A stretch of 32,090 nt of DNA from Seison nebaliae (GCA_023231475.1 JALJEE010001751.1:1-32090); one strand, 5' to 3'; positions 1-12,078 are shown, counted from the first letter of the stretch. Notes: generated from the sequence alone by a model not told the origin. Translations and numbers: made by a program.

Positions 1-330
1 AGCTGAACTCTTTCTTTTCGAATCAATTTGGCATCCAAGGAAACACACCTCCTTGTTCACTAATTTCTCCATATCATAACGCATTGGAAATCTTGAGATA
101 TTCGAGAGAATCGATGACTTACTCTCATTACATGTTAATTCCAACTTCAGCTAATCGATTACTGATGAAATAAATAGTCTTCTTACATTGACTGATGTTA
201 TTAGAACAAATCAAAATATCGTCAGCATATGCCAAAACTGCAGGAAACGACTCCATTCCTATTTTAAATGAGAATAACTGATTAGATTCAATGATATTAT
301 ATGGTAAAAAAATTGAGGCTAAATAGAAAA
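1..330 (-). mobile_element. Degenerate non-LTR-type reverse transcriptase fragment, frameshifted, running off the left edge
   Basis: The minus strand translates to FPAVLAYADDILICSNNISQCKKTIYFISNRLAEVG, then after a 1-nt frameshift LTCNESKSSIL...NKEVCFLGCQI. These match the RT YADD catalytic motif and the downstream GL.xN..K and FLG motifs. Confidence 0.7.
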
Positions 331-409
331 TTAATTTTTATTTTATTTCATTAGTAATTAATTGATTGAAGAATAATTATTATATTTTTATTCTTGAATT
401 ATCTTTCTT

Positions 410-1655
410 TTAACCTGTTTCTTTAGGTTTAGGAATGATTGGAGATTTTTGATTTGATCTTTTTCAATTTCTTTATGCCTTTCTCTTTCAATTTATTAAA
501 CTTATTCATGAGGCGATCAAATGCATTCAAATCTTCTTCAATGTTCAATATCATTTCTATCGGACGATGATCACTAATCGCCAATGCCTATATGTCGAGA
601 ATAATGAATAATTTCTAGTCTTCTAAATGAACTTGGGTTGAATTCAATTTGAAAATTTCATCGAAATTATAAGTTCCGGACATTTCGAGAAAATTGTTTA
701 CCATATCTCCTTTGATAAAGAAGCGATCATATGCACAATGTGTCCTCGTTGTTGTCGTGTCGGCATCAGATGGAATGATCGATTGGAATGGATGAGGTAA
801 ATCGAATTTTTTGTAATTGAAATATGAACAATCTGCATTCATATCTCCTCCAATTATCACATTCTAAAATTTCATATTATTATTATTATTATTATTGAAA
901 CAAATCAATTTCAACCTCTAACGACCATTTCTTATCGACACTTTCTGCCACTTCGAACAAACTAACGATTTCTTCTTTAGCTTCATCCGGATCTGTATGA
1001 ATTCCGATAAATGCAAATTTCGGAATTGAATCTTTCAAAATTAATTTTCATCAATTCCACAATTTTTCTAAGTTATTTTAACCGAAATTTTTGAATTGAA
1101 ATTTTATAACAAATGGCTCCCGATGGAATTGATCTAACCATTTCTTCTCGATCAATTTCTCCTCTCCATCGCAATATTCAAATTGATCAATAATTCCAAT
1201 CTAAAAAATGATGAGGAGAAAATCGTTTATGAAACTCCTTACTTTATTCTCATCATAAATAAAGGCATATTGTTCTTTCGATCTCGTTCGTCCTATACGA
1301 GAACTTATGACATAATTATAAGTTTTTCCTTCGACATTCTCGTTCAATGATTCGAGAAATTTCGGGATAGTTCTCTCCGTTTTATCTCGGATTTCTTGAA
1401 CGAATAACAAATCATATCGATCAACTATCTTTAATATTTCATAATAATTTCTTTCAATTAAATGAGAAATTGATGAACTTCTATTAGTCCTTCTAAAACT
1501 TTCTCATTCTTCAATTTACTCAATCCAAAGATGCGAATATTAAATGCTCCGATTCGATAAGATTGTGAATGTTTCTTCCTTAAGAGATTGGAGAAGAATC
1601 CATTCGAAATTCTTATGAGAATTATTAAGGAAATTAAATTTAAAAAAATTTTCAT
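410..1655 (-). CDS. Secreted deoxyribonuclease I family protein, 6 exons (introns 1429-1478, 1201-1242, 1032-1082, 864-915, 588-632)
   Basis: Signal peptide plus motifs IGAFNIRIFG, VQEIRD, S.RIGR..SKEQYAFIY, FHREPF, GIHTDP, GGDMNADCSY, HCAYDR and ISDHRP. GT-AG introns restore a continuous frame. Confidence 0.93.
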
Positions 1656-1911
1656 TTTCTCTTAATTCTCAAGTAGAAGTTTCATGAAACTAATAACTTA
1701 TTTAGACGTCACTCCCTTACCGAAGTCACAATAATTTAATGAGATCATTCGACACGCGTTCTTTCCATGGCCGAATAATAAAAAAATGACTTATCGTCAA
1801 CATCATTTCTCGTGATAAGAAGAAGTTTCTCGAAATTCGCTGATAACTTTACCAACTAATTACAAGTTTTATGAAGAAGAAAAAACATTCAGAATGATAA
1901 AAATGATAAAA

Positions 1912-4048
1912 TTATGTTAAAAAATTCCAGTTAATTCCAAAAGAATCATCTTCTCTATCGGAATCATCAGAAATATCAGAAAACTGAAGATATGGTGACG
2001 CCCAATGGGTCATTTCATTCTGTTTTAATAGTTTTTCCGTTCGTTGCTTACTCTTTTGTCGAATTGCGCTCGATGACGATATAAGTAATTTATTAACCTC
2101 ATCTAAATTGTTCGTTTCTTCCATTTGTTGAATGGTCATTGGACAATCTTCCAATTGATCATTTAAAGAAACGAGAGATAATTAATGAATAAACCTGATA
2201 ATAAAGTCATATCCGTTTTCATATGAACAATCATTCGTCTGATATTAATTCGATGTTGAATATTATTTTCTCGTGACATTCTCCATTTATCTAAATCATC
2301 TTGCATTGAATCGAATTCTTCTTCCAATTCTTGATTAGTGAGACAATTCGTCCCTTTGTTCTCCATTCGCCAATTGGCTATTTGATCTAATAAAATTTCC
2401 TGTTGACTTGAAGTTAACGGTTCATCATCATACTCAGCCATCAACTTCTTTTCTCGACGATATTGGACTTTTGATCGGATCTTTTTCCGGAAGAATTCGA
2501 ATGCCTTCTCTTCTTTCATACGTTTTTTGTCATTCAAATATTTCTTCCTTTGTCGATAACCTCGATATGCTTTCTGTATTTGAATCGCCGCCAATTTCTG
2601 TTCGGTCATTCGATTCTCTTTGAGACATTCTATGTCCAAGAATATGATCAATGATGATAAAAATATGATGAATTGAGAAATAATATTGAACCTGATGGTA
2701 AATGATGAATTAGATCATATTCCTTCAATTTGAAATTGCGGAATTTCCTTCGATTTTGAATAAATTCTTCGAATTCTTTCCGAATCTTTTCATTCTCTAA
2801 ATCTTTCTTTCTTTGTTTCTCAATTAATTTCTGACGGAAAGATCGTTGAAATCGACCGAACGCTTTATCTGCCGCTTTCAATCGTTTCCGAGTTTGATAT
2901 CCTCTCCAATTTCGTTGAATGGTGACTGCTGATATATTCTCCGGTGTCGAATCGAAAGAAATTGTGGAAATATTAAAAATTTCTTGTTTCTTCTTCTTCT
3001 GATCTCGTTCCTTCTTCTCTAAAACATTCATCAGACTCTCATCGTCCCAACTTTTCATCAAATTTTTTATTCCCCTGAAATTTTACGTTTTCTTATTAAT
3101 AATAAATTAACAGTCAATAATAACTTATATCGAGATTTGAATGATGGGATGATCAATTTATATACATCACAAATATGAACCAGAATATCGATAGCGTACC
3201 TATTTATCTTAAAAGATGATGAAACAATATAAAATATTGGAGAACTTGGCGATAGTTCGATCTTTAGTTTTTGAAAGTTTATAAATAATTTCATCAATAA
3301 ACCTAAAAAATTGATCATAAGATTGATTGAATAATTTATCGAAATTCATCCTTTTATCGTAAGTTAACAGAATTGGCAATTAATTTTGAATGTAAAGAAA
3401 ATAAAACTGTGAATGATGAAAAGCTAATGATAAAATCAATTTCATTATATGAATGGTTATCGGTGTGGGAATTGATAATATTAAGAGATACATAATATCA
3501 TCATTAATCAACGTTAATTGTATGGATTGAGGGAATTCGATGACGACCGATTCGATCGATTCTTTCATTTTCAATATCATTTGTTTCGATAGTCGATCTG
3601 ATGACATTTCACGTAGAACTCCAATACAATTGAGCACAAACGATGACATTAGTTGTTGTGAGAATGCTTCATCATTATCAGTAGATCGATGTAATGATTT
3701 AGTTGAAACAACGAATAAATTTACAAGAAATTCATATTTATCAAAATCAGTCGAATGTCGTGAAATCAGATTGATGATTGTTGCATTGATAACATAATGA
3801 ATGTCATACGAATAAATCTCAAATCGTAAAGTTTGTAATTCCTCATCACTCACATTATCCAAAATAAATAACTCTAAAAAGTTTAATTAATCAAAAACGA
3901 TTTACAAATAAAATTCCTTCGAACTTGACAATCGATGAAATAGTTCTAACAATTCTTCTTTTTCAGCCACCGAAATCTTTTTCGCAAACTCCAAAACAAT
4001 TTTACTCAGATTATTTTTCGGGTTAAAATCATCCGGTCCAGATTCCAT
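1912..4048 (-). CDS. IQCB1: IQ calmodulin-binding motif-containing protein 1 (nephrocystin-5)-like ciliary protein, 7 exons (introns 3874-3924, 3351-3407, 3200-3245, 3075-3124, 2630-2691, 2148-2194)
   Basis: IQ motifs AVTIQRNWRGYQTRKRLK and AAIQIQKAYRGYRQRK. Spliced segments FIDEIIYKL and RYKGIKNLMKSW resemble IQCB1. Helical N-terminal region, and an upstream X-box fits a ciliary gene. Confidence 0.8.
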
Positions 4049-4080
4049 CCTACTCACGTCTAGTATATTAGCTACCGATC

Positions 4081-4094
4081 GTTGTCATAGTAAC
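4081..4094. promoter_or_regulatory. RFX/DAF-19 X-box (GTTGTC AT AGTAAC)
   Basis: Exact fit to the ciliary X-box pattern GTHNYY-AT-RRNAAC, about 33 bp upstream of the IQCB1 ATG in the 226-bp divergent IQCB1/ACADS spacer. Confidence 0.75.
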
Positions 4095-4274
4095 CGAATG
4101 AGAAAAGAGCTAAAAATTAAAAAAATTAAAAATTTCCATTTTTTTATTTTAAATTATTTTTTTTCTCCTGCAGATTTTTCAACTCCTTTTCAATCAATCT
4201 TTTGATGGCCGATTAAAATTGAGATCTAGAAATTTACCTTCAAAATAAATTAAATTTGTTTATTTTAAAAGAAA

Positions 4275-6008
4275 ATGATAAGTCGCGTCTTCTCCCGGTG
4301 TATGAGTCGAACTTGTTATAATCGATTAGGGGAAACTGAGAGAATGTTACAAGAGACTTGTGCCAAATTTTCTGATGAACAATTAGTACCGAATGCCGGT
4401 GAATGGGATAGGAAACATTTATATCCCAAACAGACGATTAATCAATTGGGATCGATGGGATTGTTGAATATGATGACGCCGTCGACATATGGTGGTGGGG
4501 AGATGAGTTCGAGATGTTATTCTGTTGCATTAGAAGAAATTAGTCGTGGTTGTGCCTCTTGTGGTGTGGTGATGAGCGTAAACAATGTTAGAAATTTTTA
4601 AGAAACTTATTTTAAAATTTTTTCTCAAATTTTCTTGAAACTTTTTTTAAAATTTTTTTGGAAATTTTTTCCTGAAAATTTTATTTAAATTTTTCCTTGA
4701 ATTTTTCCTTGAATTTTTCCTTGAATTTTTCCTTGAATTTTTCCTTGAATTTTTCCTTGAATTTTTTTCTGAAATATTTTTAAAAAATTTAATTTATTTC
4801 ATAATTTTTTATTGTTGAAAAATTATTCTTGAAAATTTGTTTAATTTTTAATTTGTCTTTTAGTCGTTGTATACGCAAACGATTGATAAGTTTGGGACTG
4901 AGGATCAAAAGGAGAAATTCATTTCTCCATTTAGTGATGGAAAGATGATCGGTTGTTTCGCTCTTAGTGAACCAGGTTAGTTTATCAAAATTTTTGATGA
5001 TAACTCGATTTTCAAGCGAAACTTTTTTCATGATTTTTAAGGTAACGGAAGTGATGCCGGTGCAGCGAAAACAACGGCAACTAAATGTGATAATGGTTGG
5101 AAATTGAATGGAACTAAATCATGGATTACGAATGGAGAGAATGCTGATGCTGCTATCGTATTCGCTCAAACTGATAAAAATTTGAAACATAAAGTTCTTT
5201 TGACTCATGAATTATAATTATGATGAATCAAATTAATGATAAATTATTTTAGGGAATCAATGCATTTCTTGTCGATATGAAAGGAGAAGGAATTGTAGTG
5301 AATAAGAAAGAAGATAAATTAGGAATTCGTGCCTCTTCCACTAATTCGATAACATTTGAAAATTGTTTCGTTCCATCAAAAAATCTGTTGGGTGCTCAAG
5401 GTGCAGGATTTAAAATCGCCATGGTTCATTGAACGATTTTTATGAATTTTTATTTTATTTTTCAAGTCCACATTAGACGCAGGGCGTATCGGTATCGCAT
5501 CTCAAGCGTTAGGTATCGGACAAGTTTGAATTTTTGATTTAAGTTCCATTTCTATTAATCTCTCTATTTGTTAGGCCGCACTCGATTTAGCTGTTCGTTA
5601 CGCTGAAGAACGAGAGTCATTTAATATGAAGATTTCAGGTTTGCAAATGATTCAAAGTAAATTAGCAACAATGGCAACAAGATTGGAAGGGAGTCGACTT
5701 CTGACATGGAATGCAGCTGAATTGAAAGATGAAAGAAAAGATTTTACGAAATCAGCTGCCATGGCAAAATGGTTTGCATCTGAAACGGCTACATTCATCA
5801 CACATCAAGTTGGGAATATTTATAGAAATTGTTTTTTTTTTTGATTAATTCTCAATAGACTATTCAAATTTTGGGTGGAATGGGCTACGTGACTGATATG
5901 CCAGCCGAAAGATATTATCGAGATGCGAGAATTACAGAGATTTATGAAGGAACATCAGAAATTCAACAATTAGTCATCGCTTCTCAATTATTGAAAGAGT
6001 ATAGATAA
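4275..6008 (+). CDS. ACADS: Short-chain acyl-CoA dehydrogenase, mitochondrial, 7 exons (introns 4587-4863, 4976-5041, 5194-5252, 5424-5466, 5524-5574, 5809-5858)
   Basis: Arg/Ser-rich transit-like N-terminus and motifs [75 protein letters not shown] and [20 protein letters not shown]. Confidence 0.95.
4688..4759 (+). repeat. 12-bp minisatellite (AATTTTTCCTTG)x6 in ACADS intron 1, with degenerate flanking copies
   Basis: Six perfect tandem copies read directly from the sequence. Confidence 0.95.
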
Positions 6009-6221
6009 ATGAAATATATTTTATTCTATTCGATTTGTTGGAAATATAAAAAAATTATTTTCCATTTATAACTTCAAAATAAATAAAAATATTAGAAAAT
6101 ATTGTTGTTCTTCTTATTGTTGTTGTTGTTATTGTTATTGCTGTTATTGTTACATGAGAGATGGTTGACTGATATGTCGATAAATGAAAAATTTGAGAGA
6201 TTCTCTCTTATGTTCCAACAT

Positions 6222-7428
6222 TTATTTCAATAGTTTATTAACCAGTTCATTTAAATTCAAATGTTCTCCTTTTAGTGTAGCTTTCTCCGTTTCATGAAAT
6301 TTCTCATCGAGATCTCGTTGAAGACTAGATGGCATTTTGAAATTTTTGATATCAGTTTCCTTTCTCATATCTAAAGGAGATGATGGTGATGTAAAAGAGA
6401 AATTAACGTTTTAAAAGAAATTAAAAACCTGAATATTTTTCCAGAAATTTATGCTCAAGAATAGAACTTGACGCTCGTGTTTCTGGATTGAAATCGAGTA
6501 ATTTCTTAAAAAAATCGATTGCAACCATATCGCTATATAAGTAGCAACGTAGTCTTTCGTCTCGTTTAACTTTCAATTTATTTATCGCCGATTGATCCGA
6601 TGGCCAATGAAGATTAACGAGTCGTTCAGTGGTCAAGAGCTTGAAAAGAATTGCACCAATTCCCCAATAATCCATGACGGTACCACAAAATTTCACTTTA
6701 CAGTTTGCTCGATAACCATCAGCAGTCTCCGGTGGCGTATATCCCAGAGTACCCAATGTTTTAGGACTCTCGTTTAATAGAGAATCGGATGTCGATCCAT
6801 AATCGATCAATTTCAAATAACCGTTTCGATTAACAATAATATTTTGAGGTTTCAGATCTCCATGTACGTAACATTTAGCATGATATGCTTTGATGATATG
6901 TAACAATTGAATAGCGAACCATTGAATCTCTTCAATACAGAACGGTCTCATTCGATTATCTCTCACTCTCAACAATCGCAACGTTCCACATTCGCCCAAT
7001 GCGGTGACCATAAAATAAATTTTTTTAGTTTCATTAAATGACTTCAATGAAACAACGAACGCACAAACCAATGGAGAATTGTGGAAAGTAATGTTACGCA
7101 ACGAATTAATTTGTTCGTCATAATTATTCAGTGTTCGCCAAACGGCTATTTCAGAGAGTATGTGTGAATGGGAGAAAGTGGGCTCGAAAATTTTGACGGC
7201 CAATAATCGTTTGGGATCGGTCTTAAAATAGGCCGAATATACTTCCCCACTGCCACCACTTCCGATATGGCCGCAAGTACGTAAGTCATGAGCCGACAAA
7301 GAAATAAAAGGATTCGTGAAAAGGTATTCAACCTCGTCGATATACAATTTGGATTCACTTGAAATCTTTTCCGCTACCACAGATTTGTCCTGTTTAACGG
7401 GAAATTCTAAAGATGACACTTTCGGCAT
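6222..7428 (-). CDS. Divergent Ser/Thr protein kinase, probably 2 exons (intron 6371-6428)
   Basis: Motifs GSGGSGEV, AVK, HGDLKPQN, DYG, GTLGYTPPE, DYWGIG and NPETR. A 58-nt GTT..TAG intron joins the ORF to a further open exon ending at TAA 6222. If unspliced, the stop is at 6421. Confidence 0.85.
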
Positions 7429-9238
7429 AATGCAAATTTATATTAAGTGGAATAAAAGTTTTACCAGTAGCAAAGTTCCCAGAAAAATTAGTTAACATGT
7501 AAGAAAAGAAAGATTTTTTTATTTATTCTTGTTAAAATAAAAATGTTTGAAGAAGAATTCGAACGTTTTTCACATTCTTAATTTTAATTAGGATAAAATG
7601 TTAATAATTTTGAAAGAGGATAAACTTTTCTCTTCCCAGTCGATTTCTGCCATTGATGTCCATTGTTCTTCTGCCAATTGGAGTGCTGAGATTGTTTAGT
7701 CTTAAGATTGACGAGCAGATTGTTCAGCTTCTTCTCGGATTTCATTCAACTATCACATTTGATGAAAACTGCACGATAATTAACTCTCTTGTTTTCGCCT
7801 TCAAACTTTATAATTTGAAGTAATTTCTAACATGACGAACAATCGCACATAGAAGACGATCATTTCTTTATAATGAATACCGTGACATTGACATCATTGT
7901 CGTGTTATAAATTCTTCATTCATCAAACCGGAGAACACACGAATTCTTGTTAACGCAAACATCAAAACCACATCATTTCCCATTGTGTAAGAAAAGAAAC
8001 GTTAACTGTCGTTCCCACTTTCTAACATTCATTTAATTATCTTACTTCTACCACCATCTTCTTCATCCCAAATATGATTAAGTAAACATCACAAATTATG
8101 GAATATTTTACGTCAAAACTTTTGAACTCCTTCACTTAATTGCTTTCTAACCAGTCATTACTAATCAAACACTCATTCACTCCCAATCAACAACTTTCTT
8201 CATCTTCTCCCCCATTCTCCGGACGATTACTGATCACATGGATTTTACTGATATTCAACTTCATATCATCTGTCAATAGTTTAAGTAAGTTATCTCCAAA
8301 TAAGTTTAAATCATAAAGTAATTAATAAGCACAAATGCACTCTATAATATTCAAATTATCATCTACTTTTTAATTCATATCATAATTCATTTCTGATTTA
8401 ATTATTATTCTCTACAATTTCAATCAGTCAAATTTCAATATTTTAATTTTAATCGTCAATAATTGATGCTGATGTTTAATCAACAATACTCAATATCCAA
8501 AAAGTATCAACAAATGGAAAAGATTCCGATAAAGAAATTTCTAGTTTCATTCTTGTTTGAATTATTCAGGTCTGACTCAGATCCTCCATGATCAATCGTT
8601 ATAAATAATAAATAATTAAATCAAAAAAAATCTTAATTATCGTCGCAAAATTAAAAATTAACCGGAGCAATCCAAAACAAGTAAAATTGGAAAAGTTTTC
8701 GACATTATTTATGTTTTAGTATAGCATAAATCCGTGTAATATTATAACTTATAATGTAGTGATTAGAAATAAACTTTAATTTATATCCCAACAATATACA
8801 TAAGACAACTGGTTTAAAGTTTGGAAAATGTGTTGGATAATGTTCAATTAGTATAAAAAAGGAAAAAGGACGAAGAAACTAAATAATTCGAATTGATTTG
8901 CTATGAAAATTTTAGGTTCTGTAATTTTTGAAGTGATTCCTTCACATACTCTTATGAGAATTGAAAGGAAATCACATTGATTCGAAGAAAAAGCTCGAAA
9001 TTAGATGACGTTTGAATTTCCTTCCTCACCACACAACGAGCGAAAGGAAGACGCGACTAAAACTGTCTTCTCTATATTGAACTATATTCTCGAAGTTCAA
9101 TGATTTATCAAGCAAACTCCATTATTCGGAAAATACATTATTATTTGACGAGTAAAGAGAAAGAAATCGGTTGACGTGTTCTTCATTCCATTCATTTTTA
9201 GTAGAAACGTTTGAAACAAAAATTCTGGGAATATCTAA

Positions 9239-10773
9239 ATGAAAATTTACTTTGTAGTTATTTCTGTAATTCTTCCTTTATATCTCACATTCGATGATGA
9301 TCATGAAAAGAAGAAGTATTCCAAAGGTTTCACTTCCCCACAATTTTCACTCGTTCTTTTGAGAGAAATTTCTATTTTCTTTTCATTTAAGAATCAAATA
9401 TAAAGAAGAGTTGGAAAGGATATTTAGATAAAATAAAAATAGCTGAAAATAATTATAAAGAATGTTTAAATGATTGTTCTTGTTATTCGAAGTTATTCAT
9501 CTTCTTAATCGTTTATTTATGTTAATTCAATTGTAGAACTTTAGAAAATGATTTGAAAGTATGGAAGAATGGAATCTCTTATTCCGATATTACTGCAGCT
9601 GAACAACATACCAGAATGACGACCTATCAAATTATTAACGGAAGAATCTTTAGAAGTAAAGATTGTATGTTCGAAGCAAGGTCTTCTTCTCATTTCATTA
9701 CTATAAAATAATCAATCTTCGTTATCAGGTGTAACGGAATTGAACATTTCTTGAAACAGATAAAGAAAAAAGTGAAAAATGTGGAATTCGTTCTCAATAC
9801 TAAAGATTGGCCGTCCTCATCAAAATATTTCGGTAGCGCCGTACCAATTTTTTCATTCAGTAAAGTAGTTCGTATTTCCCTAAATTTTACTTGGAAAATT
9901 TTCGGCTTAATAGAGAGAGGAACATCATGATATTATGTATCCAGCTTGGACGTTTTGGGAAGGCGGTCCGGCTGTCTGGCCAATATATCCAACCGGTCTT
10001 GGTCGCTGGGACGAGCAGAGGAGATTAATAAAAAATAAGAATAAAAAATGGCCATGGGAGAAGAAGAAATGTTTGGCTTTCTTTCGAGGTTCTAGAACAT
10101 CCGCAGAACGTGACCCGGCAATTTTATTGTCAAGAAAACGACCAAAATTAATCGATGCGGCATATACGAAAAATCAAGCTTGGAAATCTGACGAAGACAC
10201 TTTGTTCGCAGAGCCGGCAAAAGAAATACCTTTGGAAGATCATTGTCCATATAAGTTTAATTATTTAATTTTATTATTTAATTTTATTATTATTTTCAGA
10301 TATTTATTGAATTGTCGTGGAGTAGCGGCTAGTTTCAGATTGAAACATTTATTCTTATGTAAATCGATTGTATTGCATGCGGGCGATAAATGGGAAGAGT
10401 TCTTCTACAAAGCTCTCATTCCATGGTACCATTACGTTCCTGTTGATGAGAAATTATCAGATTTGGAGTTTTGTGCTTAATCTCCTTTTTAATTCATTCT
10501 CTTCCTCTAGAGATGTACTCGATTTTATTAAAGATCATGACGAAATTGCTGAGCGAATTGCTAATCGGTTAACATCTTTATTTTCTTCTGTGTATCATGC
10601 AATCATTCATCTTGATTATCAATCGAACATTCCATAGTGGATACGAATTCATAGAGAAACATCTAAGAATGGCCGACGTCAGTTGTTATTGGGAAAGGTT
10701 GTTGAACGAGTATGGAAGACTGCAACAGTTCAAAGTAGAAAAACGAAGAGATAATTTCATTGAAATTTATTAA
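9239..10773 (+). CDS. POGLUT1: Protein O-glucosyltransferase 1 (rumi), 8 exons (introns 9327-9391, 9492-9536, 9681-9728, 9865 or 9868-9913, 10255-10299, 10468-10510, 10568-10637)
   Basis: Signal peptide and motifs [65 protein letters not shown] and [15 protein letters not shown] (CAP10/GT90 family). Confidence 0.95.
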
Positions 10774-12028
10774 TTTCTCTCATAAAAATATTAATAAAAT
10801 TGACTGTCTTCTCGAAATAAGTACGAGAGAAGATGATTCTCCTTCTTAAGACACACAATTTCGCGACGCAATTTACTTTGTTTCTTCCTCAATTTTATTT
10901 TTCATATTTCTCCTAACACTCTTCTTTCCCTAACAATAACTTCAGTTTTATAATTCGTTTCATGAATAATATTCATGAAATTTCAAAGAAATTCATTCAA
11001 TATATGTTTGGAGATTGAAAATGATCCCTAAAATGAAATTTCTATTTATTTCTTCTGATTTCCTTTAAACTTTATCAATTTTCAATTTTCCTCTTCCAAT
11101 TTCTCAATTACTTTCTGCTCAACCATCATTTCTTTTGGAATTTCTATTGTCGATTCCACCTGACCTATATAGAATGAAAGATATAAAGTTGATAAAACGA
11201 TTTTGATGAAGATTAGAGAGCGATATTTTCGATTCGTGTTTGTAGCAATTGACGTCATGGGGAGAGGAAGAAAGGAAAATAATAGAATGAACTTGAAGAA
11301 AAGAAGGAAAATCGATAAATTTGAATTAGAATAATAATTTCCTATAGTAACACCCTCAAAAATATGAATCTTATTAGGTTGATGTTGGAGTGTATAGGAA
11401 GATGGAATATCAAACAGAATCCGCCCAACACATTCACACTATATTCTAATCATAGTTTAGATCAGAAACGACAAATTTACTTTTTGTAATTGTGAAGAAG
11501 ATCGAGAGGAAGAGAGACATGGAATGGAGGATTTTGTTTTGGGAGATATATGTTTCTTCCGAAATTGTTTTGCCTCCCTTACATCCGACAACAAAACGGG
11601 ATTGTATGATCTCTTCCAAAATTTTACGATAAATTATATGACAGTTGATGTTGATAATTATGAGAATTTCTGATATTTGGAACGGAGTTTACTGGAGGAG
11701 ATCATTAGAGAATTCCATGTTCTCCAATTCATCGTCATTCCATTTCCTATGAAATCATTCTTCTGGGAATTTGAGGGATGTAATATCATGAATTGTTCGA
11801 TATTTTCTTTGAGAGAAATGCATAATGGAAATTCGAATCTCCAATCTCAATGTCAAATGTTACAAGATATGTTTATATATAACATCTAATGTCTTATTGA
11901 CTCGGCGAGATGGTATTGACAGTATAGTATTGTCCATAATTATTTTCTTCCTTTAATCCATTCGCTCTTCCCCATTTAATTTTGCCAATTTTACAACTAC
12001 TATCTCCCTTCCACTACCACCAAAATCT

Positions 12029-12078
12029 CCTCCTCCTCCTCCTCCTCCTCCTCCTCCTCCTACGACGACGACGACGAC
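12029..12078 (+). repeat. Compound microsatellite (CCT)11(ACG)5
   Basis: Read directly from the sequence. Confidence 0.95.

Noticed and set aside
4688..4759. Regularly spaced repeat considered as a CRISPR-like array
   Set aside because: Head-to-tail 12-mers with no spacers, inside a eukaryotic intron.
7620..8320. Possible second, very decayed RT relic on the minus strand (MKLNISKIHV and VKEFKSFDV resemble RT C-terminal motifs)
   Set aside because: No YADD motif, many stops and only two short weak matches. It needs a translated profile search.
410..10773. Alternative genetic code or stop readthrough as the cause of the fragmented ORFs
   Set aside because: All interrupting stops fall inside GT-AG introns, and the spliced frames translate cleanly with the standard code.
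10958..10980. Inverted repeat TTTCATGAATA-A-TATTCATGAAA
   Set aside because: Short, AT-rich and isolated, with no functional context.
11250..11257. Perfect CRE palindrome TGACGTCA
   Set aside because: A single 8-mer can occur by chance in 32 kb, and no transcription start is known nearby.
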